A stretch of DNA of 64,000 bases from Vermamoeba vermiformis (Eukaryota): positions 62,001 through 126,000 of the forward strand of contig JBEWZL010000078.1 of the NCBI GenBank assembly GCA_045837725.1. The letters run 5' to 3'. The position numbers were made by a program, and so were the translations under genes. Position 1 is the first letter of the stretch. Every line of letters begins with the position of its first letter. The notes under the pieces are model-generated. The model did not search any database and had not been told where the DNA came from. It saw nothing but the letters and a program-made list of their open reading frames with translations. Shown one piece after another: positions 1-14,621 of this stretch.

Positions 1-47
1 TAATGCACCCGTTTTTACTTTTCCGTTTTTTTAATGAGTTCAATTAG

Positions 48-584
48 GGATTTGAAAAGGACCACGTACAGCTCATGGACTTACTCCACCGACTAGATAC
101 GCGCGTTCACGAGAAGGATATTAAGTCAGTTGGACCTCACGCCAAAGAAGTGGCTTCGTTGCTGACGCAGATCAAAGAGCTGGTTCTGCCACACTTCCAA
201 GGCGAAGAGCAAGCACTGTCGCGCGAACAACTGCAAAAAGTACTCACTGCTGAGGATCAGAACGATATTGAGAGCAAAATATTGAAGCACGTGCAGGCCA
301 GTGCGCAGTCCAACGTTAGATTAGCCATCATGTACTACACCCAATCGGATGCTGACCGCAACAGCATGTTTGCTGCAGTTCCTCGCTTCGTTACCAAGTA
401 AGTTGTGGTAGTATAGTTTATAACATTGCAAATTTATGCGCGGGATAATTGCGAGGTATTTTTTGCCTGTTTAGGTGCATCCGTGGAGCACGACACATTT
501 TAACGTTACAAACCTAGGTTACTGTTGCCCTATGCGTTCTACATGAGCTATCGACACCTCACCGTCTTCTTCACCAACTACTAG
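48..584 (+). CDS. Hemerythrin/HHE cation-binding domain protein, 3' part (5' end outside window)
   Basis: Exon after TAG acceptor at 47 reads GFEKDHVQLMDLLHRLD...LPHFQGEEQ (H...HxxxEE pattern of HHE domains). Intron 398-517, then last exon KLLLPYAFYMSYRHLTVFFTNY* ending 584. Confidence 0.6.
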
Positions 585-737
585 ATGCAAGGCTTGGTAG
601 CTAAAAGTACAAGTTTATTTTACAGATTTCGCTTGATTCGCAAGTTATAATAGTTTTCGTAGCGGCGAGGTTTGCAGAGCCTCGACACTATGTTGTAGTA
701 TATAATACAATTCATTATCCAATCCTTGTGTATCGCA

Positions 738-1118
738 TTACGTGAGCAGGAACTTGCCCTCGTTGATGGCCTTGCAAAAGACGTAGAACTTGGTGCGCAA
801 CAAGCACTCGATGTCATTGCGCGCGTCATCGAATATTGCTTTGTGCGGCTGACCCTGCTGCATCACAATCTCTTCTGTTAAATATTCGGGAACGTAGACG
901 TAGTATTCCGAATCTGGATTGAAATACTTGTCCAATAACTCCGAGACCCGTTCTTTCAAGTCCTCTTTGTCTTCGTAACTTTCATTCGCGAATTCGGTCA
1001 TTTCTTTGTAGAAATACAGTGCTTCGGTGCACAGTTCTGAGGCTAGATACGACTCGAAGTGTCGGTACAACTCGTTGTTTTTCAGAATTTGATCAAACGA
1101 TTCTTCTTTAATTATCAT
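738..1118 (-). CDS. Small RGS (regulator of G-protein signalling) domain protein
   Basis: SFDQILKNNELYRHFESYLASELCTEALYFY...DKYFNPDSEYYVYV...IFDDARNDIECLL matches the RGS domain pattern. Start placed at MIIKEE; the ORF is open further upstream to 1343. Confidence 0.8.
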   Translation of the reverse strand: MIIKEESFDQILKNNELYRHFESYLASELCTEALYFYKEMTEFANESYEDKEDLKERVSELLDKYFNPDSEYYVYVPEYLTEEIVMQQGQPHKAIFDDARNDIECLLRTKFYVFCKAINEGKFLLT

Positions 1119-1691
1119 GGCTCTGCTATTTGAGCGACTAAAATATAATTTTAACGTTAGTCCATTACTTTTCGGGAACTTAATCCGGTACAATGACCTA
1201 CCTGCTCGCACGACGGAAGCACAGTCCTCGGGAACTCCGCCCTCGTGGTGCCACTGGTTCCATATAATACGTTTATGTTTAGTGTTCGTAGGCAGAAAAT
1301 ACAATGGAAATGAAACTTTTGTGCTGAAAGTTTTGTTTAACACAACCGTTATTTTTTTATCAATTTTATTTCATAAACTTCTTGCGGAATTCGCTCCCGC
1401 GGACAATTACTTAATTAATTATTGCGAATTGACGGCACAGGCAATTTTAATTGCCTCTGGATGACCGGCGCTAATATTGGTGCGTAGCGGGGTTTGTGAT
1501 ACCCAGTACCAGAGCTATATTATTAGCTGCAAGTTCATTGGCGGCGGTGGTTAAATTCGGAAATTATGCTATGAGCACATCAGTTTATTATTACAAGTTA
1601 AATGGTGTTCGATGCTGTACATAACATTCAATGTGTATCCGGAAGTACCAACCACTGCCGCAATACTACTACTTAAATAACAAGCGAATAT

Positions 1692-3785
<2,094 letters not shown>

Positions 3786-4083
3786 GAAGATTTGCGTTAA
3801 TTAAACTGACAGACAGATCGCAAAAATTAAATTTAAATTCGCTCACAATCATAAAATCTATTCATATTTATTCCCCCCTATTGACTGACACATGGCCTGT
3901 TTAACGACCTCTCAGTCACTGTTACTTATGAGGCTCGCATGTCAACAGTCAACGGTTGATCTGTCAGCAAAATGGCACGTTGTACCGAGCAGATCCGATT
4001 TGAATTAATTAAATTATTTATTTACAATAATTATTCGAATTATTATTTACAGCTTGAAGAAAGATTGGATTCAAAATTGCAAA

Positions 4084-4947
4084 TTAATTATTTTTCTTAT
4101 TGGATTGCTTATTCTTTTGAGTTACCGGTTTATCAGCACCATTAGAACCCTCTTTCTTATTGTTTTTGTTGTTTAGCATCACTTGCGCTCGTTTGACTTG
4201 GATCAGCAAGCGAACATTCTCCAGTACAAGATTGATCTGGATATTCAAGTCAATTTTAAGCCTAATATTGCTTTTATCAATCAAATATTCTAATGACGTA
4301 CCAATATAATCAGCGCCATCATCAATAAAGGGAATGAAAAGAGCGCGGAAATGAAAATTCCGTTGGGATCGAAGTAATCTTGCGTGGAGAATTGCTTCCA
4401 ATGCAGTGAGCCCATATTATTAATACGCTCTGAATTATATACTAAGAACACTGGTAGACATAAGGCTTGATTAGTATCTAGTTTGGATCTGACGTCAGAT
4501 CTGCTTACACAACGACAGGAAGGTTGGGATCTGTATGACCATGATCTTGCGCGTGACTATCACGAGTATGAATAGCGTTAAGTGTATCAATAGCAACGAG
4601 ATGATCCATCCTTCGCTCCAGTCGATCTGATCGCAAATAAGAAAATTATTTATTTGAAATTGTGTGTCAAAACTGTTATTTTTCAGTCAAAATTATTTAA
4701 ATATAATTTCTGTGTATTATCGCAAGAATTTAAGACAATTTTTCGGCACTTTGGGGAGTTATGTAATGCAGATCAGCTTTTTGGGGCTGTTTTCACGCGT
4801 AATGCATAAAAATTATCCACTACGCGTCATATAATCAATGCTAGTACTTACTGCGTGATAGAATGCTTGTAATTGCTCCCACAGCGAGAGTTCTGCTTGT
4901 TCTGACAAGTAAGGCTGCAAGATCTGCTGCACGAGCTCCTCATCCAT
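4084..4947 (-). CDS. TMEM18: Transmembrane protein 18 homologue, multi-exon
   Basis: Spliced translation MDEELVQQ...AFYHA/IDWSEGWIISLLLIH.../EYINNMGSLHWKQFSTQDYFDPNGIFISALFSFPLL matches TMEM18 signatures (IDW.E.W; W..FS...YFD..G.FIS). Confidence 0.85.
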
Positions 4948-5327
4948 TATTCAACGGTTACTAATCGCTGCGAATACTACAAATACTACTAGGTGCTCTA
5001 GTGTGCAGTACAAGAGAGTGCCGAGCTGATCAATGACTAAGCTCAATTGTGAACCAAAATCTAATCGCCGACCTGTCAAACCCAACTCCCCAAAAACAAC
5101 CTCAAGTCTGTTGCGAGCTCATTTCACCAATTATTATCACACCGCGCACCACAAGGGACTATATTTAGCTTCTCCCTTAGTCATATTGTAATTTTGATTC
5201 TCGATCCGCGGCTGTTTCAGTTCTGAAATCTGCTGCGACGAGTTTCGTGGTGCCTTTCTATCTTGTAATCACTAGCAATTGATTACTTAAAATTATCAAA
5301 GCATTTAACACCTAACACTCGAATACA

Positions 5328-8300
5328 ATGGAAAGTTTTGATTTTTTCGAACCATCCGCTCTCGCGGAGACTTATTTAGCCTTAGTTGAAGAGTAAGTAC
5401 TTATAGGGCCTACTAACATGACGCACATCGTGTGATCTTCTCCATTTAAAAAGAATTCGTTACTCGACAAAGCGACACCGATCTAACATCTATTTAACAG
5501 AAACAGCTTTCCAGATGAAGATACTGGCTCTGTGTACAGCTCAGAACTAACAGGGTGTGTAGTATAGGACTCATTATAATCACGCATTGTCTTTGTTTTG
5601 TTTTTTTCGATCAGAAGTAGTTGTGATCCGCCCCAATAACGTATACTAGATACTGACCATATTAAATAGCTCGCCTGTTGGTTCAGATGAGTTCAATAGC
5701 TCAGACATGTTCCAAGACGATGAAATGATCGACAATGAACGCGGATTTGCTCAACAACCGCAACAACCATTCGAGCCACAACAAGCAGCGAGTCATGTTA
5801 ACGAGCCTCTTATTCACACTAATAACGCATCGCATCCCTCTTACGCACCGCAGTACCAGCAGTACGTCACCACCGTGCCTGACACCACGCAATATTCCGC
5901 GCAAAGTCACGTGACTGGCACGCAGATCGGTCAACATTCCCAGGGCTCGGGAAATTTCATCGAACAGCCCGCACAGCCGTTCAATGTGCTGGCGAACACG
6001 TGGCCTGAATTCACGAACAACTCGCCGTTCAAATCGCCGCTGCCCTGGTCGATCACGTGCTCGGGTGTACCCGAGAAATCTCGCGTGGAGACCCAAATTA
6101 GGCTCAGACTCGGACTCACGCACGAATCAGGACAGAACGCGTGGCCACTGCTGAAAATAGATGCAAAGGCAATCTCACCGACCCACGTGACAAAAAAGAT
6201 CAGCAAAGACAAGAAAGAAGAACAGCAAAGTCTCGCTGACCGTGAACAGCGCGAAGAGCACGTGATCATGGAGACGCGCATCGTGTCAGCGGGCACCAAT
6301 GTCGCGGAGGCCCTGACACGTGCCAGCAGTGCCACCGAAGTCAATCACGTGCTCGAAACGCACTCGATTTGGTCGTGCTACGGCTGCATTCAGCGCGAGC
6401 GGAAAAATGTGCAGCGTAAAATGAAAGGCCAGAGCAGCATTGATGTGAATGCGATCGATCGCCACTCCATTCTGCAGTTCTACTGCGACCAGTACTTCGA
6501 TCTCAATCAGCTGCGCGGAGAATTTGTTACTCCGCTGCGAGTCACGTGTTACTGTCGCCATCACAAAGAACTCGAAGGCTTTTCCATATTAGTACTGCTC
6601 TTCAACTCGACGACACGCGCACTGATTGGCACGTGTCAAACCGAGGCTGTCATGATCACCGACGACCACAAGTCCAGCGCAGTCAACCAGGGCACGGTGC
6701 CGTCCACCCCCCACGTGACCAGCAACACCAATGTGCTCGCAGAGGTCTTCAAAACCTCGCCCGTGCACTCGCGCGACTCGAGTTCTGACGAGCCTGATTT
6801 TGGCCCAAATAGGAAGCGTCGTCGTGTGGACTCGCACAGCAGTGCTGGCAACAGATCTCCGAGCCAGATTGTTCCGCCGCAACTCGATCGTTTGATTCCC
6901 ACGCAGGGCCCGTTGAGTGGCGGTCTCGAAGTGACACTTCTCGGCGCGAATTTTCAGCCCGGCATGCAAGTCAGATTTGGCAGTCAAGTGACGCACACTT
7001 CGTACTGGGGACCGCAGACACTGATCTGTATTTGGTACGTGCTTTCTAAATATAGTAACTTGCACTGACACGTGTCAAACACAGTCCTCCGTATCACCAG
7101 CCAGCAACAGTGCCCGTCAAAGTGTTCGCGAGTCACGAGGGCACGGAGGTCAGCAGCAACGAGCACGTGTTCACGTACATTGACGACGGTGATCGCCGAC
7201 TGCTCGAACTGGCGCTGCAGATCATTGGCATGAAGTACCACGGTCAGGTCTCGGATCCCAAGTCCGTGGCCCTGGACATCATCAACAACCAGCACGCGTT
7301 CACTAGCACGGCCTATTCGAACACCAATTTGAACTACAGGACACAGAGTGACACCGTCATCGAAATGACACCTGTCAGCGGCAAGATCGAACAGCTCGTC
7401 TTGGCAGCTGTCAAGTACGCGCTCAAACAAGTTGACGCGCGTCAACTCGAAGACGGCACTGCACTGCTGTCCCTGCCACACCGCAAGACAGGTGCCACGC
7501 TGTTGCACTATGCTGCCATTAAACAGTACCACAAACTGTTTAACTACTTGCTCTCTGCGCAATGCGCGGCTGTGGTGGATGTCAATGCCCAGGACAAGAA
7601 CGGTGTGTACGGGACACTTGTATGTGAATGCGTGACTAACCCCCAATAGGCTGCACTCCTCTGCACCACACCACTCGTTTGCAGCTCAAAGACATGTGCC
7701 AGGCCCTGATTGATCGTCGTGCCAACACTCAAGTGGTCGACGAACACGGTGACAAGCCCCTCGACCTCGTGACTTCAGCGCACATTGCCGCTGTGTTCCG
7801 TACTGGACGTCGAGAAGAGCGACGTGACGTCAAGCCCGTGCTGCAAGACATTGTGCACGATGAAGAGCTCGGCGATGAGTCCACTCGTCTCGTGCAACAG
7901 TCACCAGCGAATCATCGTTCCGGTCTCGGTCCCAAGTCACGTGCCCCGCAGCGCGGATTTGGACCTGCACGCTGGGCACTGTACGTGGTGGGCGTGGTAT
8001 TCATGTCCGCTGTCGTGATCTACTCGGCCTCGCCTAGCGGTGACGTCACGCCACCTGGACCTGTCCCTCAACCAGTGCCCGTGCCACCTGTCACTCGTAA
8101 GTATCGCTCTTTGACACGTGTCACCAGTCCATACTAACTGAACTTTGCAGTGCTGCCCCCTGGCACTCCATTGGCCCCGCGCCCACCGACCCCCATAGGG
8201 CACACAGACAGCGCACTTGACTGGTGGTCACTGCTGATACGACTCGGTGGCTTCGTGGGTCTCATGACGGTGTTTGCACTCATTCTGCAGCACGTGCACA

Positions 8301-8416
8301 CCGAGTACTTGAGTCCGCAGTTGAACGGCAGTGGTCGTCGCATGGTCTATTGGACCGGGGCTGTCAGTCTCGTGCTCGGCACACTGATTGGCCTCGTTGT
8401 CCTCGCGCTGCTGTAA
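5328..8416 (+). CDS. Spt23/Mga2-like membrane-tethered transcription factor (DNA-binding domain, IPT/TIG, ankyrin repeats, C-terminal TM segments)
   Basis: KSRVETQIRLRL, CYGCIQRERK, RVTCYCRHH, MITDDHK (Spt23/Mga2 motifs). Basic NLS-like RKRRR, IPT LIPTQGPLSGGLEVTLLGANF, ankyrin TGATLLHYAA/DKNGCTPLH/GDKPLD, hydrophobic C-terminal helices. Start ATG 5328 inferred. Confidence 0.85.
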
Positions 8417-8544
8417 ATGGCACCTTGGATTATATTAGTATTATTAACTTTAACGCTCTGACGTGCAGCTCCTCTCATGTAAAATATAAATGTTGTACTT
8501 CACAGCACTTGGTACTACGCAGTTTATTCCTATGTACATATCAA

Positions 8545-9969
8545 CTATTCGCGCGCGCTGTAGTACTTGACCCCCTGCGTGGTGCTCTGACGCGTGTGGT
8601 GCATCAGCAAGCTCTCTTCTTTCTCGCCAGGGCTCAGCACCTCGCTCAAGTACGGTGAAATTTCATCCAATGTCCACTTGGCTCTGCACTTGAACAGCTC
8701 TTTGAAGCGCAGTCTGGCGAGTGTTAGTCATATCACTTGCCAAAAAAGGAAATGCATACTTGATGTTCGAGGGCAGCTCTTGCGCGTCAAACAGTCGCAC
8801 TTTGGCCTCCGCGCCTTGTTCTTCCGTCAGCACAATGCCCTAATTAGGAAGGTGAGCCAGTGCTATTAATAGGTCATGTGTCACGTGACTGACCTTCAAG
8901 TCCTCAATGCGCGGCTCGACAATCAAGTCCAATGTCTCGAGCACGTGTCGCCACTCTTGCAACAGATCATTCACTTTCATCACGCCCTATTTATAGCACA
9001 CTGTCAATTACCATATTTGGTACTGTGCTGTCGTCGTACCTTTTTCTGACGCAGAATCTGTCTCGCAAAGAACTGAGTGACACGTGTCACATTGAGGGCT
9101 CGCGTGTCTCCATCACCAGCGGTAAATACTTGCAAAGTATGCTCGGCAATGTGGCGCGGAATATCTGCGGAAAAATGCGACAGCAGTGTCTCGATGGGCA
9201 GTGCAGTGACTGGCCAGCTGTCACGTGATGTGAGTGGTGGTTCAGTGAATTTAGAACAATCACGTGCACGTACCTGAACTGCAGGCGTATATTCAATATT
9301 TCGCGTAAAATCACTTCTTCAGTGCGCGGATGGAGCAGCCACCACTGACCGCGGTGCTGCACTGCTTCTAGTCGCTTGAGACCCGCGAGTAGCTCTGCCT
9401 TGCTCGCTTGTAGTTTGTTGAATAGCGCCTCTGTCGATCGATCGGCGTGATTGCTGCGATCTGCGTCTTCATCTTGCTCGAGATCGAACAGCTCCTGACG
9501 CAGCAGATCTTTGAGCGGATCTAGATTAGGTCTGATCTTCTGCAGCTCTAGATTAGCTTTGATAATTGCTTTGACCTCTGTGGACCCCTCTGACGCTGTT
9601 CTATTCGCACCTGGATCCGTGTCCAGCAACAGCAGCGCATTGGATGTCTCAACCTTTAGTAGCGCATTAATATCGACGATAATAATACTATAGTGCTATT
9701 ATTAACGCACTTGTTTGATCGCAAAGGTCTCTTTAGCGGTGCACAATACTGCTTCGTCATTTTCTGCCCCTTTAATGCAGATCCTAAGCAACGGTTGACA
9801 TTAGTATTAAGGCACTATTATTGCGATGTTATTCATATACTTATTATTTGATATTAACTTACTCGCCGTCGGATTCAATCAATTGGCTCAGTAATGCCTC
9901 ATCCACCTCTAGAAATCTGTATTCGTTTGGATTTACAGCCAATTTATTTGAGAATACTATCTCCGTCAT
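8545..9969 (-). CDS. DSCC1: Sister chromatid cohesion protein DCC1 (Ctf18-RFC subunit), multi-exon
   Basis: YRFLEVDEALL, IKGAENDEAVLCTAKETFAIKQVETSNALLL, LQASKAELLAGL, RFKELFKCRAKWTLDEISPYL are characteristic DCC1 segments. Confidence 0.85.
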
Positions 9970-10124
9970 TTTATCTCGCTATTATAGTCCTATTGTGTTA
10001 CAGAATCGTCTCAAATTTAAAATTTTCGCGCGTTTTTTGGCGCGGCGAGACTGTTTGAGCTTTTATTAGGTGATGCACAGCGAACAAAGTTATAGAGCTC
10101 CTTGGGGGTAACTGTACAAGGGTT

Positions 10125-12619
10125 TTATTTATCAGGATTATTTATCAACAAGCTGCTGCTGTTCGAGAGAGGTTTGTTCTCATCGCGCAGTGGAAACAAC
10201 ACGGCGGCAATGTAGCCGAGCAGTGCACCAATGTGCGAGCGGAGTGCTTCGTCCGAGGTCTCAATGCGCAGATCGGGCCAGTGCACTGTCGCGTGCGTGC
10301 TTTGTGCATCCAGTGCCACGCTGATCGGCCCTTCCTCGCCACTCGCCGGATCTGCTGCCCGCACCACAGGGAAGTGCAGTGCGAGGAAGGCTAATAGACG
10401 CTGATAGGCCGAGGGGCCAGTGCTCGTGTCAGCAGCCTTGCTCGGACTGGGTGTGCTGGGTGAGCTCTGCACGTGCAGCAAGAGTGCCACGATGCCATCG
10501 GCGAGCAGATCTGCCACTTCATTCGACGTCCAGACCAGCGTCACGTGATCGAGGGGTGCATCGGGATCGAGCTCCTGTTCATCGACCTCCATCGCTGCTG
10601 GATCTGCTTTGATCTTCTTGCTGGTGGCGAGCAGCTTGGGCACGACGAAGATGATGTCGTTGATGCAGTAGGCACGTGACTTGCCCTTGTAGCTCACGAG
10701 CAGCACATTGTCGAACATTTGACGCAGTGCGCGCACGAGCACTGTGCTGGACAGCGTGAAGGGCACACGCTGTTTCTGAATCAGCGAGGCAATGTGCATG
10801 TGCGTGTAGGTGTGCAAATCCGCGGGATCGACAATGTGGTGGTGAAAGTCCTTGGTGATCATCAGGCCGTGCACTTGATAGCCGTGCAGTTGTTCGGGCG
10901 AGGTGACCTCTTTCACAATCTCGCCCATTATCTTCGCCGTGCGCTCACCCTGGAACGGCAGCACAACGGTCTGACAGTTCTTGGGCGAGAGGATTTTGAT
11001 GTTCTGTCCCTCGTAGCGCGACTGCAGACTCGTCTTCAAGCGGTGCATTTCATTCTTGTCGCCGTGCACGAGAATCACGTGCGGGGGCTTGAGAATGTCA
11101 ATGAAGCCCGAGGTCTGCAAGAAGTCCGTGTGCGCAGAGAACGAGATGTACTGCACACTCATCAACAGCGGCACTGTGCGGCCTGACAGCGTGGTGATTT
11201 CAGTGGGCTCGAGCAGAATGTGCTGGCAACATGACACGTGTCAGTCACTTGTCAACACGCATGCAACACACGCGAGCATCCAGTACGTACCTTGGCGAGA
11301 GTGCCTTCGACGCAGTAGCCGGGGATGATGACACCATTGCGCCGATCAGAGCACCACATCTCGAACAGTTCGCGCGACAGACCACTCTGCAACATGCCCG
11401 GACTGGCCATCACGACGCAGGGGCCGTTGTCTTCAAAGTCTTCAATGGACTTGAGGGACTTGATGTACTTGAACTTGAACGGATTCGACACGGCAAATCG
11501 ATTGCGAATCTTGTCGTTCATCATGTTGATGTAGGTCTGATACACGGTCATGCACTTCTTGCCCAGCGAGGAGGCGTAGTAGATGGGAATGTGGCCCAAG
11601 ATGTCGTGATGTTCCTCCCACCACTCCTCCAAGATGAGCAGCAGTTCTTGTGCGCGGCCCAGTGCGAACACGGGGATCAGACAGCGGCCGTGTCGGTTGT
11701 GCACAATGTCGTGCACCAGCGAGGTGAAGCGTCGTTCACGCTCAGCACGTGGCTCGTGTATCTGCACACCATAGGTAGACTCGACGATGAGCACATCGGG
11801 CGTGACTGCAGGCAACTCCGCGCTCATCAAGTGCCGATCCTCTTGGCGACTGAAATCTCCCGTGTAGAGCACCTTGATGCCACCAATCTCGATCATGAAC
11901 ATGGCTGCACCGAGCACGTGACCAGCATTGTAGCACCAGAACTTGATGCCGTTGACTTCAATCTCTTGGTGGTAGTTCATCTGCTCGATCTTGCTCATCG
12001 ACTGATTGATGTCGTTCTCGTCGTACAGCATCTCTTCAATCGACACGTTGCTCACTTTGACGTAGTCGGTCAGCAGCATCTTGTAAATAGCTTTGGTGGG
12101 GTGCGTCATGAACACGCGGCCTTTGAATGAGGTCTGCGGAACGAGCAGTCAGTACGCTATCAGTGTTTGACGAGCAGATCCGGCGTCAAATTCTTGTATA
12201 AAATTTATTTAAATATTCTAATTGTCAAGTTTTACCTTTTCTAAAAAGTATGGTAAGGCAGCTGCGTGATCCAAATGAAAACTGAAAAAAAATTATTAAT
12301 ATTTAATTGGTTTGATTATGGGTTGATTTTAATGAAATTATTGCACAACGGTCGATGATATTATAATATTATAATTTATTACGTACTGGGACACGAGCAG
12401 CAAGTCAATAGCGCGCGGATCGTCAATGAAGTCAAAGAAAGGCAGCGCAGCGAGTCCAGTATATGCAGGATGAATACCGCAGTCGAGCATCAGTGTCTTG
12501 CCCTTGAATTTCATCATAATGCAGCTGCGACCCACTTCGCTGCCTGCTCCGATCGGCGTCACCTCCAACAGATCGACATTGCCTCCAGCACCCTCGATCG
12601 GTATAGTAGTAGTGCTCAT
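10125..12619 (-). CDS. CPSF3: Cleavage and polyadenylation specificity factor 73 kDa endonuclease (CPSF73/Ysh1)
   Basis: [26 protein letters not shown] (spliced), [64 protein letters not shown]. Confidence 0.97.
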
Positions 12620-12877
12620 AGTGTCATAGTGCACTCTAATTGAGCTTCGTGCATAAACCAGTCATTATTTGCCTTCGCTGAGGGACGACCTTTTTTGTGA
12701 ATGAAACGAGCGACACTCCCGCTCTGGTATGGATACAAGTGTGGTATGGATACAAGTCCTATGAGAATGGAGCAATCGCCACTAGTGCATTCACGTAGTC
12801 AATTTCGTTCACTGAAGCACAACATGATCAGGTGTATACTTATTGCAGCATTCATCACGAGTGCACCACCAATCTCA

Positions 12878-13377
12878 ACCCTCCGAGAGAGATCTGGTAC
12901 ATTCAGAATCGGGCGCAGAATGTTCGAATAAATTTGATAATTTGCAACACCAACAAAAAGCGAAAAATTTGGTTGGTCGCTCAGAAAATGCTTTCTGCAC
13001 TACGCTCCAAACTACGCACCAGAGCCGTCGAATACTTGAGCGAAGAAGGTTTCAAGTCCCTAAAGGAGTCTTTGCGCTCTCTTGGTCCAAACGTCATCTC
13101 TATTCGCAACGTTCTTCCCGATGAACAGGTTTCCTCTCGCGCTGATCTGCAAATTGGTGGAACTACGCGAAAGACACAACCAAACAGTGCGAGTCGTTAC
13201 AACACCTCGTGTGCACCAGTCACTTCATCCAACACACGGATGACGTCGTCAAATTTGGAAATCAGATTTAAGAAATGGATTTAATAAACCGGATGCGAAT
13301 TTATATTTCAATATTTGAATGCAATTCTTATTTTAAGCTTCTGCGCCCGATTCAGAATGTACCAGATCTCGGAGGGT
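12878..13377. mobile_element. Putative non-autonomous TIR element (MITE-like), ~500 bp
   Basis: Inverted arms ACCCTCCGAGAGAGATCTGGTACATTCAGAATCGGGCGCAGAA (12878-12920) and TTCTGCGCCCGATTCAGAATGTACCAGATCTCGGAGGGT (13339-13377) differ by 1 mismatch and a 4-nt indel. No clear TSD. Confidence 0.55.
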
Positions 13378-13608
13378 CGTTGGGACTTATTGGTCGGAAA
13401 TAGGTTCGTCAAATATATCAGTACAGATCTCGTAAGTGAACGATTTTCTAAGGGACGATCACTTTCCACGTGATTTCGTTACATGTAAATGATGAAAGCA
13501 TGTGACATGAAATTTCGACGTCTGCCCGTATCAAATAGCTTCTGGCTGCTAAAAATATCGCAAATTTAACATTTCAACGAAAAGTTCTTATTTCACAATT
13601 GTAGCAAC

Positions 13609-14169
13609 ATGAACGCCGCACTCGTACGCACTCTCCTCCTCCTGCATTACATGGGCGCACTGCTCGCCATGCACCAGGTCACCTATCTGAGCAGCAGACA
13701 AACACCTTCCCCAGCGAATTGCAAGAACAGAACGCTGACCACTGAGATCCAATTCAACACGCAAGTACCGCAATGTGCAAACTACTGTCGCGTGAATGAT
13801 GATGGCTCCACTTACGAAATTGTTTGCTCCGAGTCTGGTGAGCCAGATCTCCTGAACAAAAAGTGGATTGAGCAAACATTCTACTACGATTCGCCCTGTC
13901 AGCCGTGCGTACCGAGTTATAACTGCATTACTGATCATTGAATACTAAAGCTTGGTTCATACAGCTCGACTGCGGTAGGTACGCAAGTCTTCACTAAGCC
14001 GTTTCGAGGATGTGATCGACAACGAGACGGCAGCTACATCACTTGGGGATGCACAGATGTGGTGACAATATTCAAGTGCCAAGACCAGTGGTGCCAGAAT
14101 TGCTCCCCCTCGACCAAATACAGTCCGGACGACTGCGTTAATTTGAGCACATTCCGCTGTGTCGATTAG
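13609..14169 (+). CDS. Small cysteine-rich secreted protein (2 exons)
   Basis: Hydrophobic N-terminus MNAALVRTLLLLHYMGALLA. Intron ~13904-13964 (GTGCGT...CATACAG) joins to an open exon STAVGTQVF...CQDQWCQNCSP...CVD*. About 12 Cys. Confidence 0.6.
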
Positions 14170-14621
14170 CATTCTTTAGGCCCAAATAAATAACTGCAGG
14201 TGCCTAGCTTTGTATTGGTTCATTTCTCTCGTTCAGTAGCACCTACTACATTATAACAGCGCACTTGGTTATTTTGAAGCAAATTTCAGTTTTTGAATTT
14301 GTGGTAGCACTCTGGTATCGATATAAATTTATGCTTTCTGTGTGCATGAGGCCTCTTATTTTTTGAAGTGCGAGTCCCGATAGTGCGCTGTTACAAATTT
14401 TTCTGCACTTTTCACCGATGCGTCACATCCAAAAACACATAACAAGCCGCAATTGCACAGTATAATAGCTGGCTCATGAGTGCTTGTATTGCGATACGCA
14501 GTACTTACTTTGGCCGGTTAACTGTGTTGTTGTGAAGTGCGGGCTTGGAAATTGAATGATTGACACACAAAATCACTTTGCTTTTTAACTTGAACGAGCA
14601 GCGCAGTACCACGAGCTCAAT

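Noticed and set aside
4084-4401. ORF-track protein MEAILHARLL...
   Set aside because: Chimeric reading: the true TMEM18 frame differs upstream of the last intron.
12725-12757. 17-bp-period direct repeat TGGTATGGATACAAGT x2 upstream of CPSF3
   Set aside because: Two-copy local duplication with no evidence of function.
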